Shown: positions 14,135 to 27,648, counted from the whole stretch's first letter. The stretch is 63,325 nucleotides of DNA, filler included, from Octopus bimaculoides (GCF_001194135.2; 6 parts of 5 records of this genome joined end to end with filler, not necessarily neighbours in it); one strand, 5' to 3'. Translations and numbers: made by a program. Notes: generated by a model from the sequence alone, not told the origin.

Positions 14135-14385
14135 AAAGACCGAGGTTACCGTGGTCTTTTCGTAGGTTTTTCTTTCCACGGATAACCTCCCCATTTATTG
14201 GGGATTTTCTGTATTATTTCGTATTTTTTGTAAATACCCCAAACGTTTTGCGATGTTTTTTTTTCATCGTTGTCCCCACTTTTGTTTTTTTTCTGCTTTG
14301 TTTTCGCCCCCCTCGAAAAGAAAAAATTCTACATTTGTATTTTGTCCCCTCTGTGTTGAGCCCTGTGTGGCTAATAAAGAAACAT
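14135..14385 (+). mobile_element. Retroposon 3' end fragment
   Basis: Ends in TTTGTCCCCTCTGTGTTGAGCCCTGTGTGGCTAATAAAGAAA followed by (ATCT)n. The tail is shared with SINE family B; the 5' part is homologous to 7985-8090. Confidence 0.45.
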
Positions 14386-14632
14386 ATCTATTTATCTATC
14401 TATCTATCTATCTATCTATATGTATGCATTATATTATTATTGCTGTTATTATCAATGATCCATATTGCTCTCAATAATAATAGCAATAATAATATCTATA
14501 TAAATATTCACTCCTGAATATTTGTTCCGTATTGTAACTTTTCACACCGAAGCTGTTCTGATTTGGCGCAAAACAATTCAGAGGGCCAGCAGATTTCAAC
14601 GTAACGGGTTGGGCAGATTTTTCAAATGTTTA

Positions 14633-14685
14633 ACATGTGCTGATGAAGGTAAGATTTATATCAAACCAGAAACCGGTCTACATGT
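14633..14685 (+). ncRNA. Candidate minimal type-I hammerhead ribozyme
   Basis: ACATGTG CTGATGA A GGT-(14 nt)-ACC A GAA ACCGGT C TACATGT. It has a 7-bp helix I, an intact core, a palindromic helix III and a canonical GUC triplet (cleavage predicted after 14678). Confidence 0.7.
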
Positions 14686-14894
14686 ATACTAATAACATGA
14701 AACCTATAGCATTCTGCTATATAGGTATGTGAAAGATTTTTTTCGATCCGTTTACTCGGATACCGTTGCTTTCTGTTGCTATTTTCAGTGTTATTATTGG
14801 TGGTTTAATGAGGGTTTTAACTCTTATGTCTAGCAGGCAGGCACATTCGTGTGCTCTTATATGAATTATATATATATATATATGTATGTATTAT

Positions 14895-15432
14895 TTTTAC
14901 TTGTTTCAGTCATTTGGATGTGGCCATGCTGGAGCACCGCCTTTAGTCGAGCAAATCGACCCAAGAATTTATTCTTTGGAAGCCTAGTACTTATTCAATA
15001 GGTCTCTTATGCCGAACCTCTAAGTTACGGGGACGTAAACACACCAGCATTGGTTGTCAAGCAACGGTGGGGGGACAAACATNNNNNNNNNNNNNNNNNN
15101 NNNNNNNNNNNNNNNNNNNNNNNNNNNNNNNNNNNNNNNNNNNNNNNNNNNNNNNNNNNNNNNNNNNNNNNNNNNNNNNNNNNNNNNNNNNNNNNNNNNN
15201 NNNNNNNNNNNNNNNNNNNNNNNNNNNNNNNNNNNNNNNNNNNNNNNNNNNNNNNNNNNNNNNNNNNNNNNNNNNNNNNNATATATATATATATATATAT
15301 ATATATACGACGGGCTCCTTTCAGTTTCCTTCTACCAAATCTACTTACAAGTCTTTGGCTATAGTAGAAGACACTTACCCAAGGGGCCACGCAGTGGGAC
15401 TGAACCCGGAAATATGTGGTTGGGAAGCCAAC
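14895..15432 (-). mobile_element. tRNA-derived SINE family A (gap inside)
   Basis: Matches the copies at 37060-37500, 47465-48192 and 60232-60628. Confidence 0.85.
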
Positions 15433-15847
15433 TTCTCACCACACACCCACAACAATTTTGTGATTAATTCACTATTTTACGAACAAAATCTTGAGACACT
15501 CTTAGTCTTTTTAATTCATTATAACATCCCGAAGTATCCTATAGGCCCCACTTCAAAGTACCTTCTATACAAAAGGGAGTTTGTTGGGCATCAGTGAGTT
15601 CGGTTGGTATGAAGGCCGATTTACTATTATTATTTTCATTGCTGATCTTCATCTGTTTCATTGGATTCAGGAGTTTACTTTCCAAGTCAGAAATAAGATG
15701 TTAGTCACAAGATTTAAATAAAACGCTGATTTAAATCTTGAGACAATTCAATAATTTTATTTCCTGGATGTAAACGACTGCTTTGCTCTCTAGAACTGTT
15801 ATTTTGAAGTTGGTGACCGATATTCAAAAATGATTTATTAATATACC

Positions 15848-16010
15848 CGGTGCAAGCGTGGCTGTGTAGTAAGAGGCTTACTACCCAACTGCACGGTCCC
15901 GGGTTCAGTCTTACAGCGTGTCACCTTGTCAAGTGTCTTCTACCATAGCTTCAGGTCGACCAAGCCTTGTGAGTGGATTTGGTAGACGGAAATTGAAAGA
16001 AGTCAGTTGT
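15848..16010 (+). mobile_element. tRNA-derived SINE family A, 5' half
   Basis: GTGGCTGTGTAGTAAG...GGGTTCAGTC (A/B-box-like) then GGATTTGGTAGACGGAAA, as in the other copies. Confidence 0.8.
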
Positions 16011-16575
16011 ATTTATACATATATATCCTTTATCTTCAATCTGAAGAAATTAAATATCTGTAATATTGAGTCATTTAAATAGACAAGCTTTCCTTACAAA
16101 AAAAGACCCAATCCATCAGATCTCTACAATTAATTCAGATTATCACAGAATACTTCGAATCCACTCTTCTCTAACAAGAATAGTTCTTTTAACTACAACA
16201 ATTTTATTTGTTATGTATTCTTTTTTCCTTTCTAAATTTGTTTAAATAGTCAAACGCTCTGTTTATTTGGAATTAGTACGGTTCGGCTTCCGACCAAAAT
16301 CTGCAAGCGAGCCAATAATTAAGTTTTAATTGGTTAATGATTGGCAGATGTCCATGCTATGTCTGCTACTTGAAACCACGGTTGAACGAAACCAGAAGAC
16401 ATAAATCTTTTCGCTTTATTACTGTACTGGCCAACTTACAGCAAGGTGAGTGACTCGGAAATATTTATGCATATTCTCACTTATAACATTCTTTTACACA
16501 AATTTATTCTTTCAAGTCAAAATATCGTCTTCAGATTGGATGAGCCGAAAACACGTCAAATTATATATATATATG

Positions 16576-16644
<69 letters not shown>

Positions 16645-16919
16645 NNNNNNNNNNNNNNNNNNNNNNNNNNNNNNNNNNNNNNNNNNNNNNNNNNNNNNNN
16701 NNNNNNNNNNNNNNNNNNNNNNNNNNNNNNNNNNNNNNNNNNNNNNNNNNNNNNNNNNNNNNNNNNNNNNNNNNNNNNNNNNNNNNNNNNNNNNNNNNNN
16801 NNNNNNNNNNNNNNNNNNNNNNNNNNNNNNNNNNNNNNNNNNNNNNNNNNNNNNNNNNNNNNNNNNNNNNNNNNNNNNNNNNNNNNNNNNNNNNNNNNNN
16901 NNNNNNNNNNNNNNNNNNN

Positions 16920-16988
<69 letters not shown>

Positions 16989-17075
16989 GTGTGTGTGTGT
17001 GTAGAAAATGCTATGTGCATGTATAATATACTTATATAGACATCTACTAAATGGTTATATTAGAGCTAATAAAAG

Positions 17076-17417
17076 TCATTTCCATTTAAATATAAAACAA
17101 GGTTCATGAAAGGTTTCGGTCAAAGACATTTCAACCATAACTTTCCTCTCATCTATTTTAAATACGAGGGCATTACTTGTAGGGGATTTGACTGATATTC
17201 CTAGCAGGTCAAGAGATCTCGTAAACTCTATTATTTTGAGTAAACCTGGAATGTCGCAAACGATATATTCTAGGAAATAGATGTATATGAACACGGATCG
17301 TTTTGAAGAGCAATGCATAAGCAATAATTCTCCCAAGTGAGTAATACCTATCAGTTCCCAGTTCTTACACCACATAATGCCAAATAAATAGTATATAACG
17401 ACTTTTGAGTAACACAA
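17076..17417 (-). mobile_element. Possible highly decayed Penelope-like RT fragment
   Basis: YIYFLEYIVCDI..IIEFT..LDLLGISVK..FKIDERK is colinear with the PLE RT pattern FY.RYVDDI..IKFT..L.FLDI.I..F..YRK. The catalytic DD is not retained. Confidence 0.35.
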
Positions 17418-17883
17418 AAATAAAATCTTTCTACTTATACAGAATCACAAATATCCTTCCGCTATTCACACACAGTATTTATTGCAAAAGCTTCTTCAAT
17501 ACTTCTTCAATCATTCCTTTAGTGTTCATAAGTTTCACTTTGTCCCTGACCCTTATACGGTCTCGTTTACGGATTCGCAGTCGTCTGGGTAGTTAGATAT
17601 GAAAAGTATTAAAATGTCATTTCTATCTTAATATAACAATTATCTCATCATAAAACTAAATTGGTTTCTGCTTCGTGACTTTATCAGCTTCTTACGTGTA
17701 TGTGTGTGTTTGTGTGTGTGTGTGCGCGTGTGTGGTGTACATATGTATGTATGCATGCATGTATGTGTGTATTTATGCGGGTATCTGTTACGCTGTGACC
17801 TTGACCTTCAACAATAGAACTACACTCATCATCGACAGTTTTTCGCGTTGAAATATATTTCTGTAAATGTGTGTATATGTGTT

Positions 17884-17967
<84 letters not shown>

Positions 17968-19146
17968 GGGTCTGCTAGAATTAAATAGTTAAGTTTGATA
18001 CTTTCATTCCAAGAATGTTTCTTTAACATTATTTGCTTTCCTTAAATTCTTTTATAGAACACTATATTGTAACAATGCACAATGTCATCCCTTTTGCATA
18101 GCTTTTTCTCCACCACGAAAATAATTTATTATTGGTACGTGTTCTTTATCCACTCTTTAGAAAACCTATTTTGTATTACTGTTCTTCTATCCGTATCTTA
18201 GCTCATAGAGTAGAAACTTTTGCTTAACCAGCAATACTAATTTCTATTATTGTCCATTACTATCGTAACGACCATTAGAAAAATAAAATAAACAGTACAA
18301 AGATATAGAAACATTATCGTAAAAAATGAAAAGTCGAAGAGAGTAGATTGTAAAAAGAGGAAAGATAATGAGATAAGAATTTGAGAACCCTACTGTGAGT
18401 GACATCAATTGGGCCGATCTAATGAAGACTATCTTGGACACAATACTTGAAAAGAAATCAATATCGGATGACAGCAATTGGAGGGCACTAACGAAGAAAT
18501 TACTGCAAGAGTTTATGAAGATGAGTTTCATTGTCTGTCAACTAGACTATTACCTACTGCTAATCATAGAGTATTCTTTGTATAATTCACATGTATGATA
18601 TACGTTTAAAGTAGCCATCGGATGCGCACTATACCACTTTTGGATGAACAGACTCTGATATTTTCACAGAATCTGTTTATAAGTAGAATAGGTTGTCTAA
18701 ATATTTGCAATGCTAATTTTTACAGACTTATCAGTAAAACATTCATCTAAATTATTAGTTAAATATAACTTCAGCCAAATTATTTTGATTCCAGTATCCT
18801 TTGATATTTGTTGAGTGTTTTTGAAGACAGAAACCTGAAAAAGAAAAGTGATTTAAATTTACCTATGTCAATTGCACCAAATATAAACATGTCCCATTTT
18901 CTTTCAATTAAAGTATTTGGTTATTGAGCAGAATGTTTAAAAAAAAATCATTATAGGTGACTGTTATAGTACATGATACAAACTATAACATGAAATTTAT
19001 TATATATTTCCAATAGTTAACTTTCATTGTTGAGATTTACACTTTTCATGTTATCGGAGTATATATGATGAATGGGAATAAGTATATAATTTCCTATCTC
19101 TCTATATCTGTAATTGTATGTTTACATATGTTACTAATACTAAAGT

Positions 19147-19203
<57 letters not shown>

Positions 19204-19382
19204 NNNNNNNNNNGTTCGTGCTGCACATTAACTCACCGTCTCCATCAAATCGACGTTCTCGGAACAGATTGGTCTTCACGCGTCATTTGTTGAAGTGATC
19301 GTAGAGGAACGTGAGATGAATTGTTTTGCTCAAGCATCACCTGGTCTAGGAATTGAAATCACCCTAACCGCTAACCCATTCA

Positions 19383-19423
<41 letters not shown>

Positions 19424-19818
19424 GAGCAAATAATACATTATGCAAGTTTTTCAGTACAATTATATCCCACTACACTCTTGATATACAATTCAGATCACTG
19501 CAATGCAAAGTTACGAAATCTTATATGTATATATACGATAAACCATACTTTTAGATATTTCGTAAATTTCAACTTAATTGAGCGAGTGAGTGCTATTAGA
19601 CGAATAACGAATATACAGTGATTAATTGTATCATAGAAAAGTGACACAAATTGAGGGTGGTATTTCTGCTAATGCATATAAACAAACATTAATACACACA
19701 CATACCACACACACACACAGACACACACATGCTATATATTAAGCACAGTTAATTTGTCATGATTGATCTCTAGCTACTAAACCTTTTTTTATTTTCTCTC
19801 TCTGTTTATTTCTGTGTT

Positions 19819-19857
19819 CCGTTCTGTTGAAGAGCATAGGCTCGAAACGTAAAAGAC
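19819..19857 (+). ncRNA. Degenerate hammerhead-like motif in a repeat terminus
   Basis: CTGTTGA A GAGC-ATAG-GCTC GAA ACGT A AAAGAC. Helices II and III are intact, but core A6 is changed to U and helix I is mostly lost, so it is probably inactive. Confidence 0.35.
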
Positions 19858-19948
19858 TTTCTCACTTCCGGAGTGTTAGGCTAATACATTTGTTTGTTGT
19901 TTACATACCCGCCTTCGTCTTTTGTTTTGTTCTTTTTTTGCAAATTCC

Positions 19949-19990
<42 letters not shown>

Positions 19991-20740
19991 CAAAATCGAT
20001 AAAGTAACGAATAATTGTGAAATGAAGTATCACAATTAATTGATCAAATATAGTATTAGCAACAAATGTAAAAAGCCCTTGTATAATACGTTGAATTTTA
20101 TAAATAAAACCGGGATTATCGATTGCACTCTGAATATAGTTGACAAAAGGATCTTTGATTTCAAAATACCAAATGCTAGTATAACTGCCATAAAGCTAAT
20201 CCCATAAGTAATTCCATTAGTAATTAATATAACTACCATAGAATTAATAACAACATATGAAAAAGTCTCATATTGTGAAAGTCAGTCTGAGACTTATTCG
20301 TATGTAGTTATTATTTCTATGTATATTGGTAATTAGTTGGTTTTCATCTATGAGAGATAAAAGAAAATATCTTCTTCACACTTTGACAGAAAAGATTTCC
20401 TGAATGTCTATAGCAAAGCAACTCTTAAGCGCCCGATTCTCGAACCCTCATACATTTATCATGTAGCAGGCTATAACAAATATGACGTTAATTTAAATAA
20501 ATATAACGGAGATCTTTCCAATGTGAGTATGGGGGCCAAAGCTTCAGCGGACGTTTCAAAACTATTAATAATTTTATTCTAGATCTGATGCAAATTCACC
20601 AAAACATGCAGCCAGTAATGGAAGTAAATACATACTGGATAAATTAAGTCTCCGTCTTTAGTATTAAAAAATCTTACATTTCAGATTTTGATGCAGAGAA
20701 GTTTAAAGGTGGAATGTTTAAATGTGGAGAGCAAGCAATA

Positions 20741-22565
20741 TTAGAGGGAAGAAGCGGATGGCTCGGTGGGAGTGTGGGGAGTGTTGTGGCAGGGAAGGGT
20801 GAGAGGAGATAAGAGAATCAGTTCAGAAAGATGGAGAGGATTAACAATCAGGGTATCGAGAGAGGTAGTAGAGGTGAAGAGTTGGGATATGAGTGAGATG
20901 GGCGGGATAGGTAGTATCTGAAGGGTGGTCAATTGTTGTTGGGTTTGTGAACAGATGTTGAAATTTAGGGATAATGGCAATCTATTAAGTAATGAGAGGT
21001 TGTGCTTGCAAAGGATGGTAAGCGATTTCCTTAAGCACAATTTACAAATGCCGAGGTTAGTGTTTTTTGTGGGAGCCTCACTTACAATGGAACAGCATAG
21101 GGTGTCGATAGTGCTTTGGGATTTGAGGTTGTGTATATAAGTTGCTAATGAGGTAGATAATTTAGAATATGGATTATAGAAAGAGTTCATCTCTGCTCCG
21201 TAGCGGCACTTGAAATCGGCAGTGCTGCCATTATAGAGCCTTGCTTGGTGTGAGCGTGATGTTACTACTCGGCATTTGTAGAGTACATTTTTGTGTAGAT
21301 AGAAACCTCTGAGAAGGCAGAGTTGAGGCATCTGAAAATTGCAGGTTTTCCTGCCTGTCCTGCTGTTGGAATTGATTGCTGGGAAAGTCATGTTCGTACG
21401 GGTAGTTACCGGCAAAGAAGAAATAGAGATATAATCAGTACTATTGGATTGGTAGTGGGTATCACCGCTAGTATATGTCGTTATATGGGTAGTATTATGG
21501 GGAGAGGCATTAAGGTTGATAGTATTGAGTCGAATGGGGTTACTAAGGGTTGTACTATTGCGACTAGGTGGGTTGGAGTGAGGTTCAGTAGGATAGATTA
21601 CAGGTGTTGAAGTTTGCGTCTGTTAGAGGAGGCAATTATGGATCCTAAATTAGGTGTTGGGGAGCAGAAGATTTTAATAGATGGTTTATTGAAGTCAGAG
21701 TAAGATTTATACCGTGGTGAGAAATTAGAGTTTAAAATTTTGAAGTTTAAGTAGGGATTTAACTTAGAGGGAGAAATGTGGTAAAAACCATAGGATTACG
21801 CGCATCCTGCTTTTAGAGGGATTAAAGTGTATGGAATAGTGGGTGGGTCCAGATAGGGAGGCTCGTAGTCATTACAGTCGGTGGAGCTGTCGAGTGCCAT
21901 GTGCAAGGTTTTTTTTTTGAGGATTGATAGATTGTTGATTAGTGGAAGAAGGCCAAACTGATCCGGGATTAGTACTAGGAAGATACGTGCAATTTTAGAT
22001 TTAGGATAAATGCTGGGGATATACGAAATCTTTTCACGGAAACCACTGATCTGGAGAGCTTGATTATACTCGGCATGATTGTTTAAAGATGTTTTCATTA
22101 GCTGATAAGTTGGTGATTCTGTTAGAGACTATGCTATTAAGGGTAAGTGCAAAGTCATTGGATAAAACGTTGATATATTTTAATTATTGATAGTGTTTAT
22201 GGAAAAGATAATATAGGTTTGTATTTAAGTGAAGAGTAACGTCTAAGAAATTGGTCACTTTATTGTCATTTTCAAATAAGAAAATTAGATTATAATTTTT
22301 AAAGAGTCTATAGAAGGCTTTCTTGATGCGTTCAACAAAGGGTAAAAAAATCCCAGTGGGTGTAAGGAGGGCATCATTCCTGTAGAGCCCTCCGGAGAGG
22401 TTGGGGAAGTGTTGTTTAGCTTGAGAAAGAAGAAATAGGCCAACTTGGTCAGTAACTAAGAATTCCTTAGATGAGTTGCGGGTCCAGTAATTATCTTTAA
22501 AGCAAGTTAGTGTTTCTCTAGCAGCCAGGATAATGTTAACATCAGATCGAGAGATAAGTGAGACG
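20741..22565 (-). mobile_element. Penelope-like retroelement (decayed RT plus GIY-YIG endonuclease)
   Basis: RT motifs VGLFLL..GLYRNDAL..ERIKK..NFLDVTL; thumb YNQALQISGFREKISY; endonuclease CNF...CLL..NVLYKC..YNGST..FKCRY..STSLATYIHNLK..CKLCL..LLNR. Contains stops and frameshifts. Confidence 0.85.
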
Positions 22566-22776
22566 CATGTAAATATTTACACAGCTTCATGTATACGTAT
22601 ATATACATGCATGCACACATACATACACACATACGCACACATATACATATATATGCATATATATCATATGTATATTATATATATATTACATGCATATATA
22701 TGATATATGATATATATATATGTATATATATANNNNNNNNNNNNNNNNNNNNNNNNNNNNNNNNNNNNNNNNNNNN

Positions 22777-22788
22777 TTAATTAATTAA
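22777..22788. other. Synthetic scaffold spacer (44N-TTAATTAATTAA-44N)
   Basis: Same 100-bp architecture as 14046. Confidence 0.95.
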
Positions 22789-23470
22789 NNNNNNNNNNNN
22801 NNNNNNNNNNNNNNNNNNNNNNNNNNNNNNNNATACATACATATATGTACATACCTACTGCTACATATATATATAGATGCATATCCGGGTACAGGACGTA
22901 AAAGAAGTGGACAAAAAAGGAACGGGAACATAAACAAAGCACAAAAAAACGAACTTTTTTCGGACAACAGAATGAACACATAGGAAAACAGACAGGCCAC
23001 ACATGAAACTTTTCCTTCATCAGCTGCCTGTATTCTAAACTAGGCGTTTCGAAGATGAGGCAGAACGCGTTCTTAGAATTCCTCTTCCCGCAAGGCAAAT
23101 TAAAGAAAACCTGCTATGCGGAGGGTTCCGAAGTGGCAAACAGAAACCAAGACCGGGAAAACTAAACAGTGAAAACAACGTTGAAGGTCGTTAGGCCGAA
23201 CGAGATGAGATACTGAACGATGTGATGTGACGAACTTGAGCAGAGAGACATAGCAGCTCATGTTGCTTTTATGCTGGCCGAATGGAGAAAGGAAGAGTTG
23301 ACCACAGGTCACGTGTGATCAACGAGAAGTGGTAGAGAGAGGAAAAGGGAGGAAGTTGAACATAAGTGAGCGATGAGAGACAGGGAGGAAAAGTAAGAGG
23401 GAGATATAGCAGTGAAGGGGAGAAGCAAGGACAACAGAAGGAAGAAGAACGAGAGGGGAAGATAGGTAAG

Positions 23471-23510
<40 letters not shown>

Positions 23511-24799
23511 CAGAAAGATAGAGTGCGCGTCAGAATAGCGGCGTACGTACACTTTGTCTCTTATATGTAAGTATACATTTTTCTAAATCTTGTACGACTC
23601 TATTTCTGTCTATCAGCCTCTTCACCCTTATTCGTTCATTCCATTCTTCGTTCTTTCGTTCCCCCTCTCTCACATTTCCTTGCCTTTTCTTCTTGCTCAC
23701 TTTCCCTCCACTTTTCACTTCACTGTGTCCCTATCACTTTTTCTCGCCCCTCCTTAATTCTTTTGTCCCTCTACCTCTACCTCTCTCTCTTCTCTTCCCA
23801 CGTGACGGGCGTTTGGCCAAGCCTGATCTTTCTTTCTTGGCCGGCCGTTGTGCGTGCAACGTTGATATTCTTCCCTGTGCCTGCGAAATCTTGTATCCTT
23901 GCCGTAAGGCTTTATTTCCACACACGCCAGCTTAATTTAATTCGTCCTTAGTCGAAAGACATCTGTTGTTATGTCCTGTTATTTTTATTGTAATTTTATT
24001 GTATTTGTGTAACATTGTTCGTTTTTTTTTCCGTCTTTGTTTTTGTATACAGTCACTGCTTTCTTCCACTAAATCTAATGTTCTTAGCTTAGTTTTTCCT
24101 TGGGGCTGGCCAGATTGGAGCAATCTCAAGTATAACCGGCTGAAATTGCAAAGATAATCTGGATCTCGACTGAGGAAAGAAAACTCCGAATGACCTGTCC
24201 TTGTTTTCTTTGTATCGTTTATCTGGATGTTTTGTTGACCCTTTCTTGTATGTCCTAACTGTCTGGATGTTTTGCGTTCTTGTCCCATTTTGTATTATAT
24301 ATNNNNNNNNNNNNNNNNNNNNNNNNNNNNNNNNNNNNNNNNNNNNNNNNNNNNNNNNNNNNNNNNNNNNNNNNNNNNNNNNNNNNNNNNNNNNNNNNNN
24401 NNNNNNNNNNNNNNNNNNNNNNNNNNNNNNNNNNNNNNNNNNNNNNNNNNNNNNNNNNNNNNNNNNNNNNNNNNNNNNNNNNNNNNNNNNNNNNNNNNNN
24501 NNNNNNNNNNNNNNNNNNNNNNNNNNNNNNNNNNNNNNTATAAATGGTCACACACATGTAGACAGATATTAACAATATTGTCTCTATCAATAAATGGGCA
24601 AATGCTTATATATATAATATATAAGTATAGATAATAGAGGTAGGGCAGAGATATATAAGTATAGATAATACAGGTTTTCCAGAACCTTTGCTCCCAAAGC
24701 CTTTATAGATTGCTGATTTTTGGAACCAGTTGTGGTCACTATCGTCAACATATTCTAAATTAAACAAATATTAAATTTACTCAAATAATTTGATGAAAT

Positions 24800-25105
24800 A
24801 GGCGCATTCGTGGTTGTGTGACAAGAAGCTTCTTCCTCAACCACATGGTTCCGAGTTCAGTCCCACTGCGTGACACTTCGGCCAAGTGTCTTCTACTATC
24901 TTCTGCTATAGCTTAATGGCCGGTCAAAACCTTGTTGAGTGGATTTGGTAGACGGAAACTGAACGAAGCCCGTCGTATATACATATATGTATATATCTGT
25001 GTGTGTGTGTTTTTGTATTTGTCTCCTACCCATTACTGCTTGACAACCGGTGTGTTTATGTCCCCTTAACTTAGCAGTTCGGCAAAAGATTCGATAGAGT
25101 AAGTC
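24800..25105 (+). mobile_element. tRNA-derived SINE family A
   Basis: AGGCGCA..GTGGTTGTGTG..CCACATGGTTCCGAGTTCAGTCCCACTGCGTG..GGATTTGGTAGACGGAAACTG..CTTAGCAGTTCGGCAAAAG. Confidence 0.85.
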
Positions 25106-25164
25106 GATTTGTTCAACATCAAAAAAAAAAAAAAAAAAAAAAATTCAAGGTGTTGCCGAAGCAT

Positions 25165-25250
25165 TTAAGTTAGAGGAGATTAAAGTTTTGTACTTCTTTG
25201 AAAATAATAAATGTATCCGGTTTCGTCACATTTGCATAAACTTTCGGATA
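25165..25250 (+). mobile_element. Mariner 3'-end fragment
   Basis: GGAGATTAAAGTTTTGTACTTCTTTGAAA is identical to the 3' region of the mariner at about 46553-46581. Confidence 0.45.
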
Positions 25251-26237
25251 TCCTGTTGGAACCGGTTTTAGAACTTTTTAAGCTTAGTCCAGCCGTTAAC
25301 TTAATACATCAATTCCCGCTCGAAGTAGTCCTGAAGTTGGTTGTGTGGTAGTTTCCTATATGCACGCAAATCGTACATCTCTGATCACTACGGGCCATCA
25401 GAGCGGACTGCATTTTTTTTTTTTTGTCATAGAATGCCATCCTTCTTAACCGATGTATTAAGGCACTTGTCTCCTACAGTATCAACCCGATAAATTCTTG
25501 TTTATAAGGGGTAGATACATTCTAGAAGGAGAATTCCACCATATCAATTTTTCATCCCGATGCTTAGCTGATTCTAGTCGGAAGATCTCATACTCCCACC
25601 TTTTTCTCCTTCTGTTCCATTTTCCTATGATAAACTAACTGTTCTTATTTACATACTGCTGTGTGTAAAGATCTCCATCTTTCTGTTGTATTGTTGCCGA
25701 ACAACGTCGATGAATGGGTCCGGCGACATTTCTCCTCATAACTGAGTTTTATGTTTAGGGGATCGATGTGTTGCCGGTCTTATGAAACACGTATACATTA
25801 TATGAAGCTTTAATACTAATTACGTTTTTTATGTTCCTTTTAATATGATTATATATATATATATATATATATATATNNNNNNNNNNNNNNNNNNNNNNNN
25901 NNNNNNNNNNNNNNNNNNNNNNNNNNNNNNNNNNNNNNNNNNNNNNNNNNNNNNNNNNNNNNNNNNNNNNNNNNNNNNNNNNNNNNNNNNNNNNNNNNNN
26001 NNNNNNNNNNNNNNNNNNNNNNNNNNNNNNNNNNNNNNNNNNNNNNNNNNNNNNNNNNNNNNNNNNNNNNNNNNNNNNNNNNNNNNNNNNNNNNNNNNNN
26101 NNNNNNNNNNNNNNNNNNNNNNNNNNNNNNNNNNNNNNNNNNNNNNNNNNNNNNNNNNNNNNNNNNNNNNNNNNNNNNNNNNNNNNNNNNNNNNNNNNNN
26201 NNNNNNNNNNNNNNNNNNNNNNNNNNNNNNNNNNNNN

Positions 26238-26273
<36 letters not shown>

Positions 26274-26281
26274 GATATGAT

Positions 26282-26321
<40 letters not shown>

Positions 26322-26344
26322 ATTGATAGAGAAGACGGAGTGTA

Positions 26345-26662
26345 CTGTAAGCTTTATTTAGCATGACGGTCGTTTCGGTTTACATCTGCATTGCTCCCTA
26401 GTGGATGAGGACGATATAATAGAATCGAATGCACCCTACAGTTAATGGATCTGTGAACTACTATAAACACACGCATCATATCAGCATCATTCTGCATTAC
26501 ACACCAGCGAAATGTACATATAACACTGTAACGTAATACGTAACCTAATGAAGTTTCTTTTGCACTGTGGGAGGCATTCGATTCCATTATATCGTTCCCC
26601 ACCCACTAGGGAGTAGTGCAGATGTAAACCAAACCAACCGTCATGTTAAATAAAGCTTACAG
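26345..26662. mobile_element. MITE with ~70-bp TIRs and TA flanks (Tc1/mariner superfamily)
   Basis: TA|CTGTAAGCTTTATTTAGCATGACGG..CATCTGCA..CTCCCTAGTGG..ACGATAT is inverted at 26588-26662 and followed by TA. No coding capacity. Confidence 0.8.
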
Positions 26663-26889
26663 TACATTATGTTTTCCCTATCAATTATTTAAAATATACT
26701 AAATGTGCACCGAAGAATTCCTTACGTAGATCCTAAAGTGCAATACTGCGGATGACACTTGGTGTGTGGTGAACTTACTCTCAAGGCCCACTAATAGGGA
26801 CATACACAAAACAAGGTTTAGATACTACATCTAAAAGTCACCGATCTAAACTTTAATTTTAAGCATAACACACACACACATTCATATAT

Positions 26890-27290
26890 ATTTAGTTGTT
26901 GGCACTCCGTCGTTTACGACGTCGAGGGTTCCAGTTGATCCGATCAACGGAACAGCCTGCTCGTGAAATTAACGTGCAAGTGGCTGAGCACTCCACAGAC
27001 ACGTGTACCCTTAACGTAGTTCTCGGGGATATTCAGCGTGACACAGTGTGACAAGGCTGACCCTTTGAATTACAGGCACAACATAAACAAGAAGTAAGAG
27101 TGAGAGAAAGTTGTGGTGAAAGAGTACAGCAGGGTTCGCCATCATCCCCTGCTGGAGCCTCGTGGAGCTTTTAGGTGTTTTCGCTCAATAAACACTCACA
27201 ACACCCGGTCTGGGAATCGAAATCGCGATCCTATGACCGCGATCCTATGACCGCGAGTCCGCTGCCCTCACCACTGGGCCATTGCGCCAT
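26890..27290 (-). mobile_element. tRNA-derived SINE family D
   Basis: Minus head GGCGCAATGGCCCAGTGGTGAGGGCAGCGGACTCGCGG..TTCGATTCCCAGACCGGG carries A and B boxes. The tail AACAGCCTGCTC..TGCAAGTGGCTGAG recurs at about 60860-60900. Confidence 0.8.
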
Positions 27291-27419
27291 TGCGCCTCCA
27301 CATTCATATATAAATATATTGGCAAGTATAAAAGAAAACACAAATGCCATTATCGTACCTACCCATTTCTGGCGTCCTACCAGTTGTTGTTTCGATTCTT
27401 ATGAATTCATATAATAAAA

Positions 27420-27572
27420 GCGGCAGTGTGGTAAGAAGCTTGCCTCCCAACCACATGGTTCCAGATTCAATCTCCCCGCGTGACACCTTGGGCAAGTGTC
27501 TTTTGCTATAGCCTCGGGAGGTCCAAAGCCCTGTGAATGGATTTGGTAGACGGAAACTGAATGAAGTCCGTT
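27420..27572 (+). mobile_element. tRNA-derived SINE family A, 5' half
   Basis: GTGTGGTAAGAAGCTTGC..CCACATGGTTCC..CACCTTGGGCAAGTG..GGATTTGGTAGACGGAAACTG. Confidence 0.8.
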
Positions 27573-27648
27573 GTATATATATATATATATATACATTATT
27601 TACATTATTTACAATTGACGGATATTTGTCCTCATCTTGTTTGTTGTT

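Noticed and set aside
18247-18598. Overlapping short ORFs on both strands
   Set aside because: No recognisable domain or splice support.
22990-23080. Permuted (type II) hammerhead reading
   Set aside because: The triplet would be GCC (not NUH) and helices I and II do not pair.
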